The notes: generated by a model not told the origin, from the sequence alone. A stretch of 64,000 bases of DNA from Octopus vulgaris (GCA_951406725.2 OX597822.1:32240001-32304000); one strand, 5' to 3'. Counted from the first letter of the stretch, positions 12,627 to 26,556 are shown. Translations and numbers: made by a program.

Positions 12627-12679
<53 letters not shown>

Positions 12680-12825
12680 GTAAAATAATATGTGACAATT
12701 TTTCAATAGCCAAGATAAAACTCTGAGTTTCGGATGCCGATGTGGTGTTGTGGATTTCCACCTCGGCATCCGAAACTCAGAGTTTTATCTTGGCTATTGG
12801 AAAATTGACACATATTATTTTACAG
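12414..12825. mobile_element. Double fold-back (four arms) of a PLE-type terminal sequence
   Basis: 12414-12561 is a hairpin and 12678-12825 is its reverse complement. Arms contain ccGAAACtcagaGTT. Confidence 0.85.
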
Positions 12826-12938
12826 ATATATATATGTGTATGTATGTGTGTGTTTGCGTACATATATATAGGTACATATACATATATATATACACAAACG
12901 TATATACTATACGTACATATATACATATATATATATAC

Positions 12939-12983
<45 letters not shown>

Positions 12984-14422
12984 CATATATGTATCAATCT
13001 TTATGTGTGTGTGTGAGTGTGGTTTTGTACATATATATATGCACTGATGCCGTGCTCTTTTATGGAATAAGTATATAGTCTATCTTATTTGTAAATGGAG
13101 GTCACTAGCATAATCACCGGAGTAATATGAGTACAAACGATTACAAATACTTGGGTGCACTACGGTATACATAGTCGAATGACTGAAACCAGCAAGGGAG
13201 TAGATTATTAGTATATTGAATTTCAGTATCTAAAAAAGGAAACATAATGGGCAAGCGACCCGTTGTGCATTAAAATAGATGTTTATATTCTCCACTTATT
13301 TGCTTGGTCACGTCACAGGTCGCAATGCTTCATCGCGCTTCCTTATATGCATGGATTGCAGCTTTATACTTAGTTGGTTTTCTCCGACTGAAAAAGAAGT
13401 GATGTTTTTCGCTTTTGAACTCCATTTAACAAATTCAAATGTCTTGAGAGATTTCTCAAGTAAAATGAAAAATAGAATAAATGGAAATAAAATATAATTC
13501 AGAGAGATAAACAAATATTAAGCTCATTCCAATATAGTTTATACGAGTGAATTCATTGGGAGATTTATGAAAGTTAACGCTTAACAATGTAAAAGAATGT
13601 GTAATATGAAATAAAATATATTATCTGCTTGAGCGTTATTTCTGTAAGGAATTCAAAATAATTGCATTTCAAATATATTTATATGCCATCAAATATTTAT
13701 AATGTACGAAACATAAATTATGTTTTGTGAATAGAGTATAGATGTAGGCCGGAAATAAGTAGATTTAAAACCAGGAAAGTAGATGTATAGTTAATATATT
13801 GCGTATGAATTTATACAGGATATATGAAATCAACTAAAGATATATGAATTTATGATTAAACAAACTAAAAAGTAATGCTTCTTCAAACGATCAGTAAATA
13901 ACTCCGTTGTGGCGATGTTCCACTTTGACACCGATTCGTACGTGCGAAATATAGATTCGGTTTTAAATTTTCAGAATGATCGATACAAGAATTATAAAAT
14001 TAAATATCAATTGTGCATAGTTTTTCAAACGTTATTTCTGGTGACTCCACAAAATTGTCTGTGAAAGAGTGCTATAAACACAAATAAATATGCAATATAT
14101 TTTTCACAATATAATTGACAATCAATAGGTTTATGAAATTTCGTCCTTCCTTCTCTTAGAAAACGAAAGAATAGAATTTAATATTTATAACGCTACAAGT
14201 GGTGTTTGAATAACATAGTTAATGAAAGTGTAGATATAAAAAGTTTTCAGAGAAGGTTCAAAAATTTATAATGGCAAAGGCCAAATTACTAAAACTTGGG
14301 TTTCATAGAATTAAAAATGAATATGTTTTGTGATATATGAATGTATCGAAGCGATTTGTACGTGAATAGAGGCGTGTGAAGGCAAGTTTGTGAATTTCTG
14401 TGGGTATCATATATGTATATAC

Positions 14423-14500
<78 letters not shown>

Positions 14501-14612
14501 ATGTGTGTGTGTATGTGTGTATATGTATATGTGTGTATGTATGTATGTGTATATGTATATGTGTATGTATGTATATATATATGTATATATGTATGTATAT
14601 ATATGTTTATAT

Positions 14613-14644
<32 letters not shown>

Positions 14645-15519
14645 TACATATGTATATATATATATATATATGTATGTGTATATATATATATGTATTATAT
14701 GAACCCACACACACATACATGTATATACAATATAGAATACTCGGCGTTGTCCACCTTTAGCAGTAACTAGAAATGACTCAGTATTGCTCCTACTGGTAAT
14801 ATATTATATATTTCTTTTAACGTAAGAAATTAACTGCAGGGTTAGTACTTTTTGACACATGATATGAATGTATCAATATCATTTAATCTTACTTTTAAAA
14901 CGTGTTGCTATCTTGTTATGGGTGGCATTGTTTTGTATTTGTTGATGAAGAGTACAATGTAGAATGCATCTATGCAGTTTACCTCCACGCCTGGATGTAT
15001 CTTTCGAGTGTGATGCTTGAAATACTCAATATTTTTTTCTCGACACTTCAACTAATGCTAAAGTATATTGTGTGGCTTCTAGCCGTTTAAGGTTATGGCA
15101 AAAAGAAACCAAAGGTTCACGTATGCTTGAAATATAGGAACTTCTCAAATGTTAGATTACACTGGATATGCTTCTACAGAGATCCAAATAAAAATGATAT
15201 CTTCCTTGTAGGTGGGGCACATTTTGCTATTGTCACCTCGAAGGCCTTGAAATGAACTTGAGCTTCCCACCTTGGGAACAGAAATTTGTAGATTACTTGA
15301 TATTAGGAGGCATCTACAATATTCTTCCAATAACGCAACAAAACCTATGCAAATTACACGTTATTTCGTTCACCAGCCTTCCGTGTTGTTCCAAGTATAG
15401 AAGGGCGACAGTTGAAGCTGCAACAATGCGTTAGCAAATATATCCTAGAGGCACCCGTGTTCTTTGAGTTTCGCACTTTGAGGTTGCAACAGCCACATGA
15501 TTGTAGCAAACCTGATGAA

Positions 15520-15753
15520 GGTGGCGAGCTAGCAGAAACGTTAGCATGCCGGGCGAAATGCTTAGCAGTATTTCGTCTGTCTTTACGTTCTGAGTTCAAA
15601 TTCCGCCGTGGTCGAATTTGCCTTTCATCCTTTCGGGATCGATAAATAAAGTACCAGTTACGCACTGGGGCCGATATAATCAATTTAATCTGTTTGTATG
15701 TCCTTGTTTGTCTCCTCTATGTTTAGCCCTTTGTGGGCAACAAAGAATTAAGA
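15520..15753 (+). mobile_element. tRNA-derived SINE family B (Meta-like core)
   Basis: ggcgagct..gcagaaacgttagca head, B box gagttcaaatt, central gcctttcatcctttcggg.tcgataaa...gtaccag, tail gcccttgtgggcaa.aaagaa. Confidence 0.88.
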
Positions 15754-16690
15754 AACCTTTTCGTCCTGTCACCCTTACTGGAGAACTTGGTTATCTTCAT
15801 GAATGAAAAACGCAAAAAGAACCTCGCTGTCACTGTTATTTTTCTGTATCAGCAAACATTGCGACGTCAAATCCATGCGCAATGCATTTTCAGAATTTGT
15901 GTGCTATGCTTTATTTATTTACGGGACACAGAAGAGATGTGTATAAAAAGGCTTGATAAGGAGTGGGCATCGGAAAATTGTCCATCAGTTGTCAAAAATT
16001 ACAATATCCAATCTAGATTTAGAAATTCATCTTCTGCTTCTTTTCCTCTCAAAATAATATAATCATGTTTATATGTATAGGTCACTTTGACAAGTTGTTT
16101 TACAATTCGTATAGTGAGAGCCTTGTCTTCAAATGAATGTCAATCCTGTTCCGGTTAAGGCGATCACACATATGACCGATGCGGGAGTTCACAACAAAGC
16201 TAAATATTACATTTGCCATAATTGAATTTAACTGGAATTACTGAAAGTATGTCGCAATTAATTCGACTAGAGCAAATCATATTTGATAACCAGATCATAA
16301 CGTATATGAACAAGCCCATTCTTTTTTTTAGGAATTTGCAGCATTTCGAAACAGAAAGGGGAGAGCTACTTTTGGTCACGACCACAATTTGATGGTGTTT
16401 AACATTTTGTTTTATGTCGCCATTGAAATTAATGAAAATTACTTGACGTTTTAATTATTGTAACTCACATGTATATTTGCATAATCAGCAACAGCTCTGC
16501 TAAAACTATATTACCTTGATATAGAAAAAATACATTGCAATAAACGGGAAGGAAGCGAGGAAAAAAGACGGGAAATAGAAAAGCTTTTAAAGAGGAACAG
16601 TAAGAGGGTTAGATTTGTAAAACACATTGGTTCACCACAGAGGGCTAGCAAAGGAGAGTAGGCGATAGCAGCAGAGAAAATTGTGTATGA

Positions 16691-16779
<89 letters not shown>

Positions 16780-17821
16780 CCTAGTTATGTTTCCACTATT
16801 TCAAGATGTTACTGTGGTCATCGTGAAACGATATGTGTATATAAAAAAAGATATGAAAAACGGTAAAAGAATTATCGGTGACGCTTGGAGCTATGGTAGG
16901 TGTGTTGAAAATTTCCGTTAGTTATATTGTTCATAACCAATAAATAAAGCATGCTCATATTCGCTTATATAATACAGCAGATAGAATTCATATTCACGAC
17001 CACATTTTTATGTTTTCTTGGTTTTCTTATAAAAGTATGTTGTGTTTCTTTCTTAAGAGAAATAATTCTTTGCCTCATATTGCTGAAATTACTTTGATAT
17101 ATACATATACACCACCCATATATATATATATTTTGGTTCACTACTGCCACCAGATTTGATAATACTACGGAGTTGTTAGACAAGTGATTTGATATCAGAT
17201 CATGTAGTGAACCTGAAGCAACTCCATCATGGAATATTCATGACAGGCTCTTCAGGTATACCATATATTCACGAACAATATTAAATTACAGTGAGATATT
17301 GTTGATAAATAAAAATATTGTATCACCAAAATTATTATTTATACTATTCTAATACAAGATCATAAAAAAAATTTAATTTGATATCGCTTGTATATATTAA
17401 ATAGGTAATACGGTTTATTCACCGATGCAAACATAACTATTTTTGCTTCTTTCAATAACTCTCACCTTGTACTTGCAAATACTAGATACAATGTAATGGT
17501 AAATAAATAAATGTTATACTTATTAGTCTTTTGAAAAATATCATATTCCGTGTAGAAATGGCTTCGCTATTCAAACTCAAGATCGTATCATTCAATACAT
17601 ATGTAGCCTTTAACGAATATTACTATGATATTATCGATTTTTGAATATATTTCCTTTACCGTTCCGAATCTTCTCTTTAATACGTATACAGATGTTACTG
17701 AAAATTACAATATTTATTTCGGTTAACATTTAATATTTTTCACGGAATTTATTTATATTACAACCATTTTCTTTGAGAAAAGGGAACTATTACAGTATTT
17801 GAGGATGTATTTAATGCTTTG

Positions 17822-17858
<37 letters not shown>

Positions 17859-17860
<2 letters not shown>

Positions 17861-18070
17861 GGAGTAAACACATAAATGTGAAACAAGGTGGAAAAAAGAG
17901 TACTCAAATACCAGTGGTAGAGTAATATGCTTTATTTTAAGCAACAGAAAATTCAACAAAATCTGTTACTCTGAGTTTCTCGTTGCCGTTCAGCAAAAAC
18001 TGTCTGATGAACGGCAACGAGAAACTCAGAGTAACAGATTTTGTTGAATTTTCTGCTGCTTAAAATAAAG
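17859..18070. mobile_element. Fold-back PLE-type element with hammerhead motif at 18000-18037 (+)
   Basis: Arms at ~17931-17992 and ~18008-18070. ctgt-CTGATGA-acggcaacga-GAAA-ctcaga-GTA-acag. (TA)n on both sides. Confidence 0.85.
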
Positions 18071-18206
18071 TATATATATATATATATATATATAACGGGA
18101 GGCTTTATGAAAATAAACAAAAGACGAAGGCAGGTGGAAAACAAACGAACAATTGTATTAGTATGGCGCTCAGAAATATAAATAAAACAAGTCTTTAACG
18201 TTTCGA

Positions 18207-18269
<63 letters not shown>

Positions 18270-18459
18270 GTAAACATCTTTTCCCGCTGGTTAACGACAC
18301 AACCTGTGTGTCTTATAGCGAGTGAGAGAAAGAACGAAACCCACTCCAGCATACCAAAATTAGTAGACCCGGCGGTTTCTAGGTGTCTCTTCTTTATATA
18401 TTGCGAGTAAGGACGGATAGCTGCCATACCTAGCAGGCGAATGTCCTGTGCTGAGGCTG

Positions 18460-18799
18460 GGATCGTTTACTATCAGGCATTAGCTTGCTAGATGTAGTAG
18501 CAGACTCCGTATATTGTTTTAAGTTGTTGAACACTATTTTGCTGAACATATTCAACTGTTTTGTTATATCCTTTTTGATCATTCCAGCTGTTTTCAAAGC
18601 GACAATCTGGTCACGATTTCTTTTCGAAGACATGTTTGTTTAGACACCTGTTATAGACGAACGAAACAATAGGCACATGATCAAAAGATATACGCAAATC
18701 TTTATGTAAAATGTCGATATTATTACTTGAACCGATATTCTTTTATTCTTTTATTTAGGAAATGTTTTAAACATGGGTAACACTTTCTGGGACACCCTG
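18460..18799 (-). mobile_element. Tc1/mariner-superfamily 5' fragment
   Basis: TA|CAGGGTGTCCCAGAAAGT terminal repeat, plus an HTH-like N-terminus MSSKRNRDQIVALKTAGMIKKDITKQLN. Confidence 0.7.
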
Positions 18800-19263
18800 T
18801 ATATATATATATATAAACATACATGGGTGATAATACCAAATGTTTTCAGCTAGTAATGCACTTACCAAAGCATGTGACCTAGTTGGATGCTTATTTTTTA
18901 ATCAGGCGGTACATTTGTAGTCTTAAACAGTTTCACAGGGTCCAATATTGACGAAAGGAGAGAAAGGGAGGAGGCATCTTCCGACCGAAAACTTGACCCA
19001 TATGCTTAAAAAGTAACGGATTCCATGAAAGGGAACCAAGGTTCTGAGTGATGGTGTTAAACTAGGTGCCGGACCACGAGGAATTCTACCACCCAAGTGA
19101 GACATGGCAGTATTTGAACTCAAAACGCAGAGGACTGGGACAACTATCGCAAAACATGAACAAATATCATTAGGGTTTCATCAATGTACCGCCTTAGAAC
19201 AGTGCTTTTTTTGCAACCTTAAAGAAATTTAAATTATTCATCTGATTTTTCCAATCAGAAGTA

Positions 19264-20331
19264 TTTGGTCGGCCAAATTGTCCGATTCTTGTCGAAACTA
19301 AGCTCCAAATACTCTATAAGTAGCTAACTTGAGTCTGTCCTTTGTGCATGCACAATCGTTAGGTACCCGACACTTCAACGTATTTTGATGCAAACTTGAG
19401 ATGAATCAGGTTGTATTTAGTGTATTTGGAGTCACCCTGGAAATGGAGAGAACAAAATGAGCATTGTTAACGCCACGTGATAGTGTTATTCAAAAGAAGG
19501 GCAGGAGAGCGGCAGAAACTTGCAGCAACATATATGCTACTACGGAACATATGAGTTGGAAGTGGTTTTCAGAATTCCGATCGAAAAATATTTTCTTCCT
19601 CGCTCTAGTTGGTCAATTGCGATTCATAGCAATGAAATGAGTGAGGTAATCGACACCAACCGCCGTTATAAATGGACAGGCTCGATGTTTGTGACCCACA
19701 ACGTTTGAATGAGGCTAACCTCATTCAACGGATTTCCATTTGAGATTTCAAGCAGAAACGTGTAGAAAACGATCATGTTTTGAACAGAGGTGGGGTAAGA
19801 GAAGAAAAATGTGTTTAACAATGTGAGGAGCAAAAACATCGTGGAGGAAGTGTGGTGAATCATCTCCAAACAACTTCCAAAGCCGGAATTGTGTTTAGAT
19901 TGGAAGGAGTATTTCTTTTACAAGCTTCTTTCCACTAATCCAGATGCGTAATGTGACCAGCTGAATAACACTTACTGATCGTAAGGGTAGTGTTTTTCAT
20001 CGATTCAATATTAGAGCGCAAGCTTTTTTACAGACGCCCCAGAATTGATTGGGGCTTGCCTGAGAAATTTTGCTCTGCTCTCCATATTCACCTGATTTGG
20101 CGCCTTTAGATTTCCACTTCTCTCGCCCTCCAAATTCATTGGAATATTTTCTTTTCTTCGCCATTTAAGACAAGAAGTCTTTAGTAGGGAACAATGGGTC
20201 TGACCACAAAGACGATAAAAGATACTGGGACGAAACTGAAATTATATCTTTGAATGAATATATCGGTTTGTGTTTAAAACTCGTGTATTATTTTCAATTG
20301 AAAAATCTGAAGGACATTTTGACCAACCCAA
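19264..20331 (+). mobile_element. Decayed mariner transposon with both TIRs
   Basis: TIRs ta-tttggtcggccaaattgtcc and ggacattttgaccaacccaa-ta. PYSPDLAPLDFH motif at ~20082. Confidence 0.85.
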
Positions 20332-21274
20332 TATTCAATAAAATTGGTCTTGCGTTGTGGCCCTGATGTAAAACGAAATATTTATTTAGAAAATTATATA
20401 ACATGAAAATAAAGCCCAAGTACATTAAATACAGAAGTATGAGCAATTTCAGTTTGACAGGCTTTCAATTCGTAGCTGTATATATGGGTGAGAACGCCGA
20501 ATGTAAATTAAATATGGCATAGATTTCAGTGAGACCAATGAAAAGGAATCCGAGCTCTGACTTTTGTTTAATAAATGTAGAATATAAATGACTTATTCCT
20601 CCTAGTGCATTACTCAACCTCCTGCGTAGACGAGAGGATATTTTTAAAAGTTTAAATGGAAAAAATATAAATTAAAGCTTGATTGTAAATGGCGGAAATA
20701 TGATTAAGGTAGTTGAATAGCTGAATTCTCATCGCCTTAACAAACGTTGAATACAGCAGGATGAAGATGGTTCTTGAAAATTTATTCATAGCTTTAATGT
20801 TTTCAAGAAAATTCTGTATTTTCCAATGCAATTCTCCTGTTATTCTAATTCATGCAATCAAAATGTATTGTTTATTAAAATACATTTTGATGAATGCATT
20901 TGAATTGAGGAAATGGATGATTCTTAGAAAGGGTGCATTTCCTGTTAGGTGCACTCTTTTCTCAGAAATTTACATCTTACATCATTAAACGTGTGTGTTT
21001 GCATCGAAGCATTTAGATTAACTTAGCTCATTTGACGCTGATTTATATTTAGTTTTCTGTATCTGAACCTGTAATTTCTTCAGTCGGAGCTAAATACGCG
21101 TGAAGCTAAGACATCGAACAATTAAATTACGTAAATTTGTGAATTTTGTTTATATAGGTAATGTATGCAGTTTTACTACCTTCTTTAAAATCAAACTCTA
21201 TCTTTAACAGATTATTTGGGAATGTTAGGTTCACTAGAGTGCATTACTATTGACGTGGCGATATATCTCCGAAT

Positions 21275-21521
21275 GGTGGCGAGCTGGCTTCGGTGGCGAG
21301 CTGGCAGAAACATTAGCACGCCGGGCGAAATGCGTAGCCGTATTTCGTCCGCCGCTAAGTACTGAGTTCAAATTCCGCCGAGGTCGACTTTGCCTTTCAC
21401 CCTTTCGGGATCGATAAATTAAGTACCAGTTACGCACTGTGGTCGATGTAATCGCCTTTATCCGTTTGTCTGTCCTTGTTTGTCCCCGCTATGTTTAGCC
21501 CCTTGTGGGTAATAAAAAAAC
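21275..21521 (+). mobile_element. SINE family B with duplicated 14-nt 5' end
   Basis: Homologous to 15520-15753. ggtggcgagctggc occurs twice, at 21275 and 21292. Confidence 0.88.
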
Positions 21522-21993
21522 AGATTAGCATTGCAGACATGGACGAAGCACTTTATTTAAGAAATTCATTAAATTTGCCCTTAAAATATTCTTGACATGA
21601 TTATAATTTTGGTAACTATACAGTGTATCTTAGATTTTCAAAACTGAGAAAAAGCATAAACGTAATATATTGTACGATGTTCAATTTATTTAGTAAAATT
21701 CTTAGATACGTCATCGTTAAGACGATTGTAAGTGTGGGGGCGTTTATCTTCAGTTTCAGAGATGACAGCGTTTCTAATATTTATGACTACATAGCATTTG
21801 TAATGACGACAACGAATGTAGCACCTGTCTGTGGTAGAAGATTAAACTAATAAAAATTCAGAGACGTAGAGACGTTGAAGTATAACACTTTCATTTTCTA
21901 AACATCGAGAATGAAGAAATATGTTCACGTACTAAAACTTTATACTACATACATACATCTATATCTATATCTATATCTATATCTATCTATCTA

Positions 21994-22027
<34 letters not shown>

Positions 22028-22430
22028 TGTATGTATGCATATATATATATATACATATACATAATTAAATACATACATGAACACAGATACACGCCCACAC
22101 TTATAAGATCTACTGTCAAATGTGCTTTCTAAAAAAGACTGAAAACCAATTAAATGCACCAAGATGAGGTAATGAAATATAGTTAGAATTGCAGTTAACA
22201 TATAAATTTTTCGTGAATATCAAAAAAATTGAAGGCTGCCTTTTCTATCGATCAAGACAAAAATTTCGAAAACCAACTACTTTCAGTATAATCGAATCCA
22301 ATATTGATTTTGGTTCTAATAAAGCAAGACATCCTGATACCGATTAGGCAACTAAATTCACGTATACACTTACATAATACTACTCCCCAACTATATGCAT
22401 ATATATGTGCATGCATGTATGTATGTATGC

Positions 22431-22468
<38 letters not shown>

Positions 22469-22559
22469 GTATGTATATATACATATATATATATATACAC
22501 ACACAAATATATGTATGTATATATGTATATATATGTATATATATATGTATATATACATT

Positions 22560-22709
22560 CTAGCAAAAACTGTCCGATGAACGACAACGGGAAACTCAGA
22601 GTAACAGGTTTTGTTGAATTTTCTGCTGCTTTAAAAAAAGCATATTACTCTACCACTGGTATTTGAGTACTCTTTATTCCACCTTGTTTCACATTTATGT
22701 GTTTACTCC

Positions 22710-22711
<2 letters not shown>
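22560..22711 (+). mobile_element. PLE-type terminal repeat, same family as 17859-18070, hammerhead core CCGATGA
   Basis: ctgt-CCGATGA-acgacaacgg-GAAA-ctcaga-GTA-acag at 22570-22607, running into (TA)n. Confidence 0.8.
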
Positions 22712-22780
<69 letters not shown>

Positions 22781-22785
22781 ATGTA

Positions 22786-22821
<36 letters not shown>

Positions 22822-22883
22822 CTTATATACAGCGTTTTGGCGTAGCCACTAATGAGAACCCCCCCCTAGCAAATTATTTCATT

Positions 22884-23500
22884 TGCTAATTAGAGTTTGA
22901 AACCTAGGTATGGCAGTGAAAAACAAAGTTAAAGTTTTTATTTCTATTTTTCATTCCCTTCGAAATTGGTCTTAAATGTGGTTTTGGTCGTTTTGCCTGC
23001 TTCTTCTAGCGTGTAAGGCTCCCTGATAAAGGCCGCTTTTATTGTGCTTAACTGTACACTAATTGTATATGGAGAATATGTTGTCTATTGACTTTTTATA
23101 CATGCTAGGCCACTGGTAGTGAAATTTCTAAAACACTCGCTACCCTATATATTTTAGGAATATGATTTTAACAACTTTAGAAAAATAACCCGGCATCCTC
23201 ACACTTACTGTAGGCTGAAACCGCGCTTGCGCGGTGAATTTGAATAATTATAAACTATAACGATGAAACACGTGTTATTCAGTCTCTAAATTACAAGTTA
23301 GTGTTTTGGCGTAATGTTTTTGCTAATTATAGTTTGAAATCTAGGTATGGCTGTTTAAAAGCAAGGTAAAGGTTTTTATTTTTGAATGCCTTCGATATTG
23401 ATCTTAAATGTGGTTTTGGTCGTTTTGACTCTGCTTCTAGCGTGTAAGGCTGCCTTTTAAAGGCCGCCCCACTTGTGTTTAAATGTACACTAATTTTATA
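22884..23500 (+). repeat. Diverged direct repeat (~185 bp, two copies ~437 bp apart)
   Basis: tgctaatta.agtttgaaa.ctaggtatggc...tcttaaatgtggttttggtcgttttg...cttctagcgtgtaaggct occurs at ~22884-23070 and ~23320-23500. Confidence 0.8.
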
Positions 23501-23694
23501 TTCATATATACATATATATATAAACATATACATATACATCTATGCAAACACATATACACATATACCTATGTATGTATGTATGTAAGTATGTATGTATATA
23601 TGTATGTATGCAAATATATTCTCCTGCACAGCTTGCTTTACGGGACAGAAGAATCCTGCTACGCCTTACTACTAAATGCTAATCAACCCATAGC

Positions 23695-24490
23695 ATTTAG
23701 TGTTCCGGAAGGCTGTTGGTCCAGGGCCTATGAATAACTTCTAGAAATCCCTGGTCTGGCAGTGCTACAGGGGAGCTCTGTCTGTTCGAGAAAAACCTAC
23801 AAGCACGGAAGTGCCGTCAGTTGGAACTACCTGTGATGGGCGTAGAGCGACAAAACTGTTGTGCATGCACTTGTCCAGTCTCCAAGAATATCCGATATAT
23901 GAGCTTATGTTGCACACCTGCTGTCGCGTGTTGGACGTGCCCGCTTGTCGGCTGATTCCATCATGAAGATTATCCGCTGCCTTCCTTTGGCCGGTAAGAG
24001 AAGGCAATTTTCATCTGTTTCGTGGCTGAAGCAAAATATGTTGTATGGTGGTCTAGATTGAAAGGGCCGAAAACAAATACTTTTCTCTTTGGCCTACCCC
24101 ACCTCAAATTTTTCCGACACCATCTGGAAAGGAAAACGAGGTTTGAGAGAGAAGTACTAACTTCCAGCAATTTTGTTAATAGGTGGGTGAATGTGGCAAA
24201 GCTAGTCCCCTTTGAACATGCGCTTTTGAGCTTCCAAAACTGAGAGTGAGAGAGGGTAAGAGTGAGAGGAAGATGGGGAAATGGCTATTGCCCTAGTGGT
24301 CGTGGCGCTTGTGGATTTTTCGTTAGGTCTTCATAAGTAGCCCAGAGATGCTTGCCTCTTTTAGACATTTTCTTTGTTATATTTTCCGTTTTTATTGACT
24401 TTTTACACGACACTTTATGTAACCCCACTGTGTCCTTCGTATGTAATGTCCAATTCTATTTTTGTCGGCCCTTGTCGCTAATGAAGAAAT
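23695..24490 (+). mobile_element. Tx1/L1-group LINE 3' fragment, decayed
   Basis: SLVWQCYRG, degenerate CCHC (…KTVVHALVQ) and AKYVVWWSRLKG, then a 3' UTR ending gcccttgtcgctaatgaagaaat. Confidence 0.7.
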
Positions 24491-24694
24491 TCCTAATATC
24501 GCTTCGGCAATCTGAGTGCGGCCATTCTGGGGGCCTGTCTTGAAGTGTAAAGTCTATCATATAGATGCCAGTTCTTAGTCACTTTAAGTCTGATACTGAC
24601 TGAAACACTAAATTCCGAGGTGTAAAACCCCTTTGGATACCAAGCACTGTTGAGACAAATGCAAACATATGTTCAGTCATAGACATACATGCAT

Positions 24695-24960
24695 ATGTGG
24701 TAACGCAGTTTGCTTCACAACCATATGGTTCTGGATTCAGTCCCACCATGGGGTACTTGGGCAAGTGATGTCTTTTACTATAGCTTCGGGCTGACCAAAG
24801 CCTCGCAAGTGAATTATGTGTATGCAAACTGAAAGAAGCCCGTCATATACATATATATGTGTGCGTGTGCGTGGGTGGGTCTGTGTGTATATGTGCATGT
24901 TTCCTGTGTATGTACGGGTATGTGTATGCGTTTATGTTTGTTCCCACTCCAACACTTAAC
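24695..24960 (+). mobile_element. Degenerate SINE family A
   Basis: ttcagtcccac...cttgggcaagtg...aaactgaaagaagcccgtc. Confidence 0.8.
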
Positions 24961-25707
24961 CGGATGATCGCAGTTTGATAACCAAAGTTAATAAAAGATA
25001 AAAGACGAAAGGAATAAACATATAGTTTTTTCTCTCCGTTTTTTTCATTCCCTCTTTGATTATTTCCTCTTATTCCTTTCTGTCAAAGGTCGTAGGCTCG
25101 AAACGTAGAAGACTTTTGCATACTTCCCGAGCGTCAAACTAAACCAGCAATTTGCTTTTCCCTCAACTGTCTTCCTCTATTGTTTTCTATAAAATTGAAC
25201 TCTCTCTCTCAATCTCTCTGTCTTTCTCTCACGCGCACATATACAGAGACAGACAGACAGAGGCATAGCGGGTGAATTGTATAGTCTTCGTAAATTACTG
25301 CCTGATAAAATGTTTTTAATTATTTATATAAAACCAAAGAATGCAATTCATAAAAATTAATATTTCAGATCAACGGTTTCTTCCTTTAGGGAATCTTCGG
25401 AGAAATGGTGCTGTTGTTGGCTGACACAACAGAACAGAAAATTCAGTTTACAACACCTTTTCTCCGAACATACGCTGACGAAGTGTCCAAACACCGAAAT
25501 ATTGAATACCAGGTAAAAAGTAAAAACCATCGAACTGTATTATTTGTTCTCAAAACTCATGATTTTCATTTATAAATAAATTAAAGACACAGATACATAC
25601 ATATATACACCACCCATACATACATGCATACATACATATATATGCATGTATAAAAATATTTATATCGGTGTGTGTGTCTGTGTATGTGTAACTCTGTGTG
25701 CGTGTTG

Positions 25708-25753
<46 letters not shown>

Positions 25754-26556
25754 AAGCGTTGAATTCGCACACATGTCTACACAGTTGTATACCTAGCATT
25801 TCAATTATATCCCTAGAAACAAGTTATTCATTGCAGAGCCAGGAATAGACGATAGAAAAGAACCTTTTGTTCTGTCAAAAATATAATATACCTCTTTCAA
25901 TAAGAACAATGAAAAATGTTATATTTGCTTGAAGAAAATGAGAAATGATGTGAAGTTCAAAGATGAATTATTAATAGAAAACTATGTTTGCTATAAACAA
26001 TCGCATGAATATTTAACATTCTAAAACAACGAAATCATGCGAGAGAGCCTTGTGACATATGGCAAGAACTATAAATATATAGGAGCAGTAACGCCCCGAA
26101 AATTGAAAACCCTTATGTGACTACCAAATCTGTACATAGCGTAACACGTGTAGCATGATTTTTATCATGATTTGAATTACACAAAAGGTATTGATACTTG
26201 GCTTTTGTCAGACTGGTCGTTTTTTTTTTCCCCCATAATATTATTAATGAACACGTGAGGATTGATGATATATTTAGAATGGCATATGACGTTTGTCGGA
26301 AAAGAAGGGAGAAATAAACCAAAGTATTTCCGAAGGCGAAAAGTAACATACGAAACGAAAGTGGAAACATGTTATCTGAAGAGTGTATCACGCTCATCTT
26401 GTATCACAAAAGATGTGCAAAAGAATAAATGGGAACCATAAAAAAGATGCGGCTTGCACTAAATTTTTGCAAACGTTGCTTAAAAGGCTCCGTGATTTCA
26501 TGCATTCTTTTTTCTAGAATTTAAGTGTACACGTACATTTCATCTGTTAGTTTATT

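Noticed and set aside
15212-15434. Possible terminal exon
   Set aside because: The acceptor is plausible, but the peptide is unrecognisable and has no supporting neighbour.
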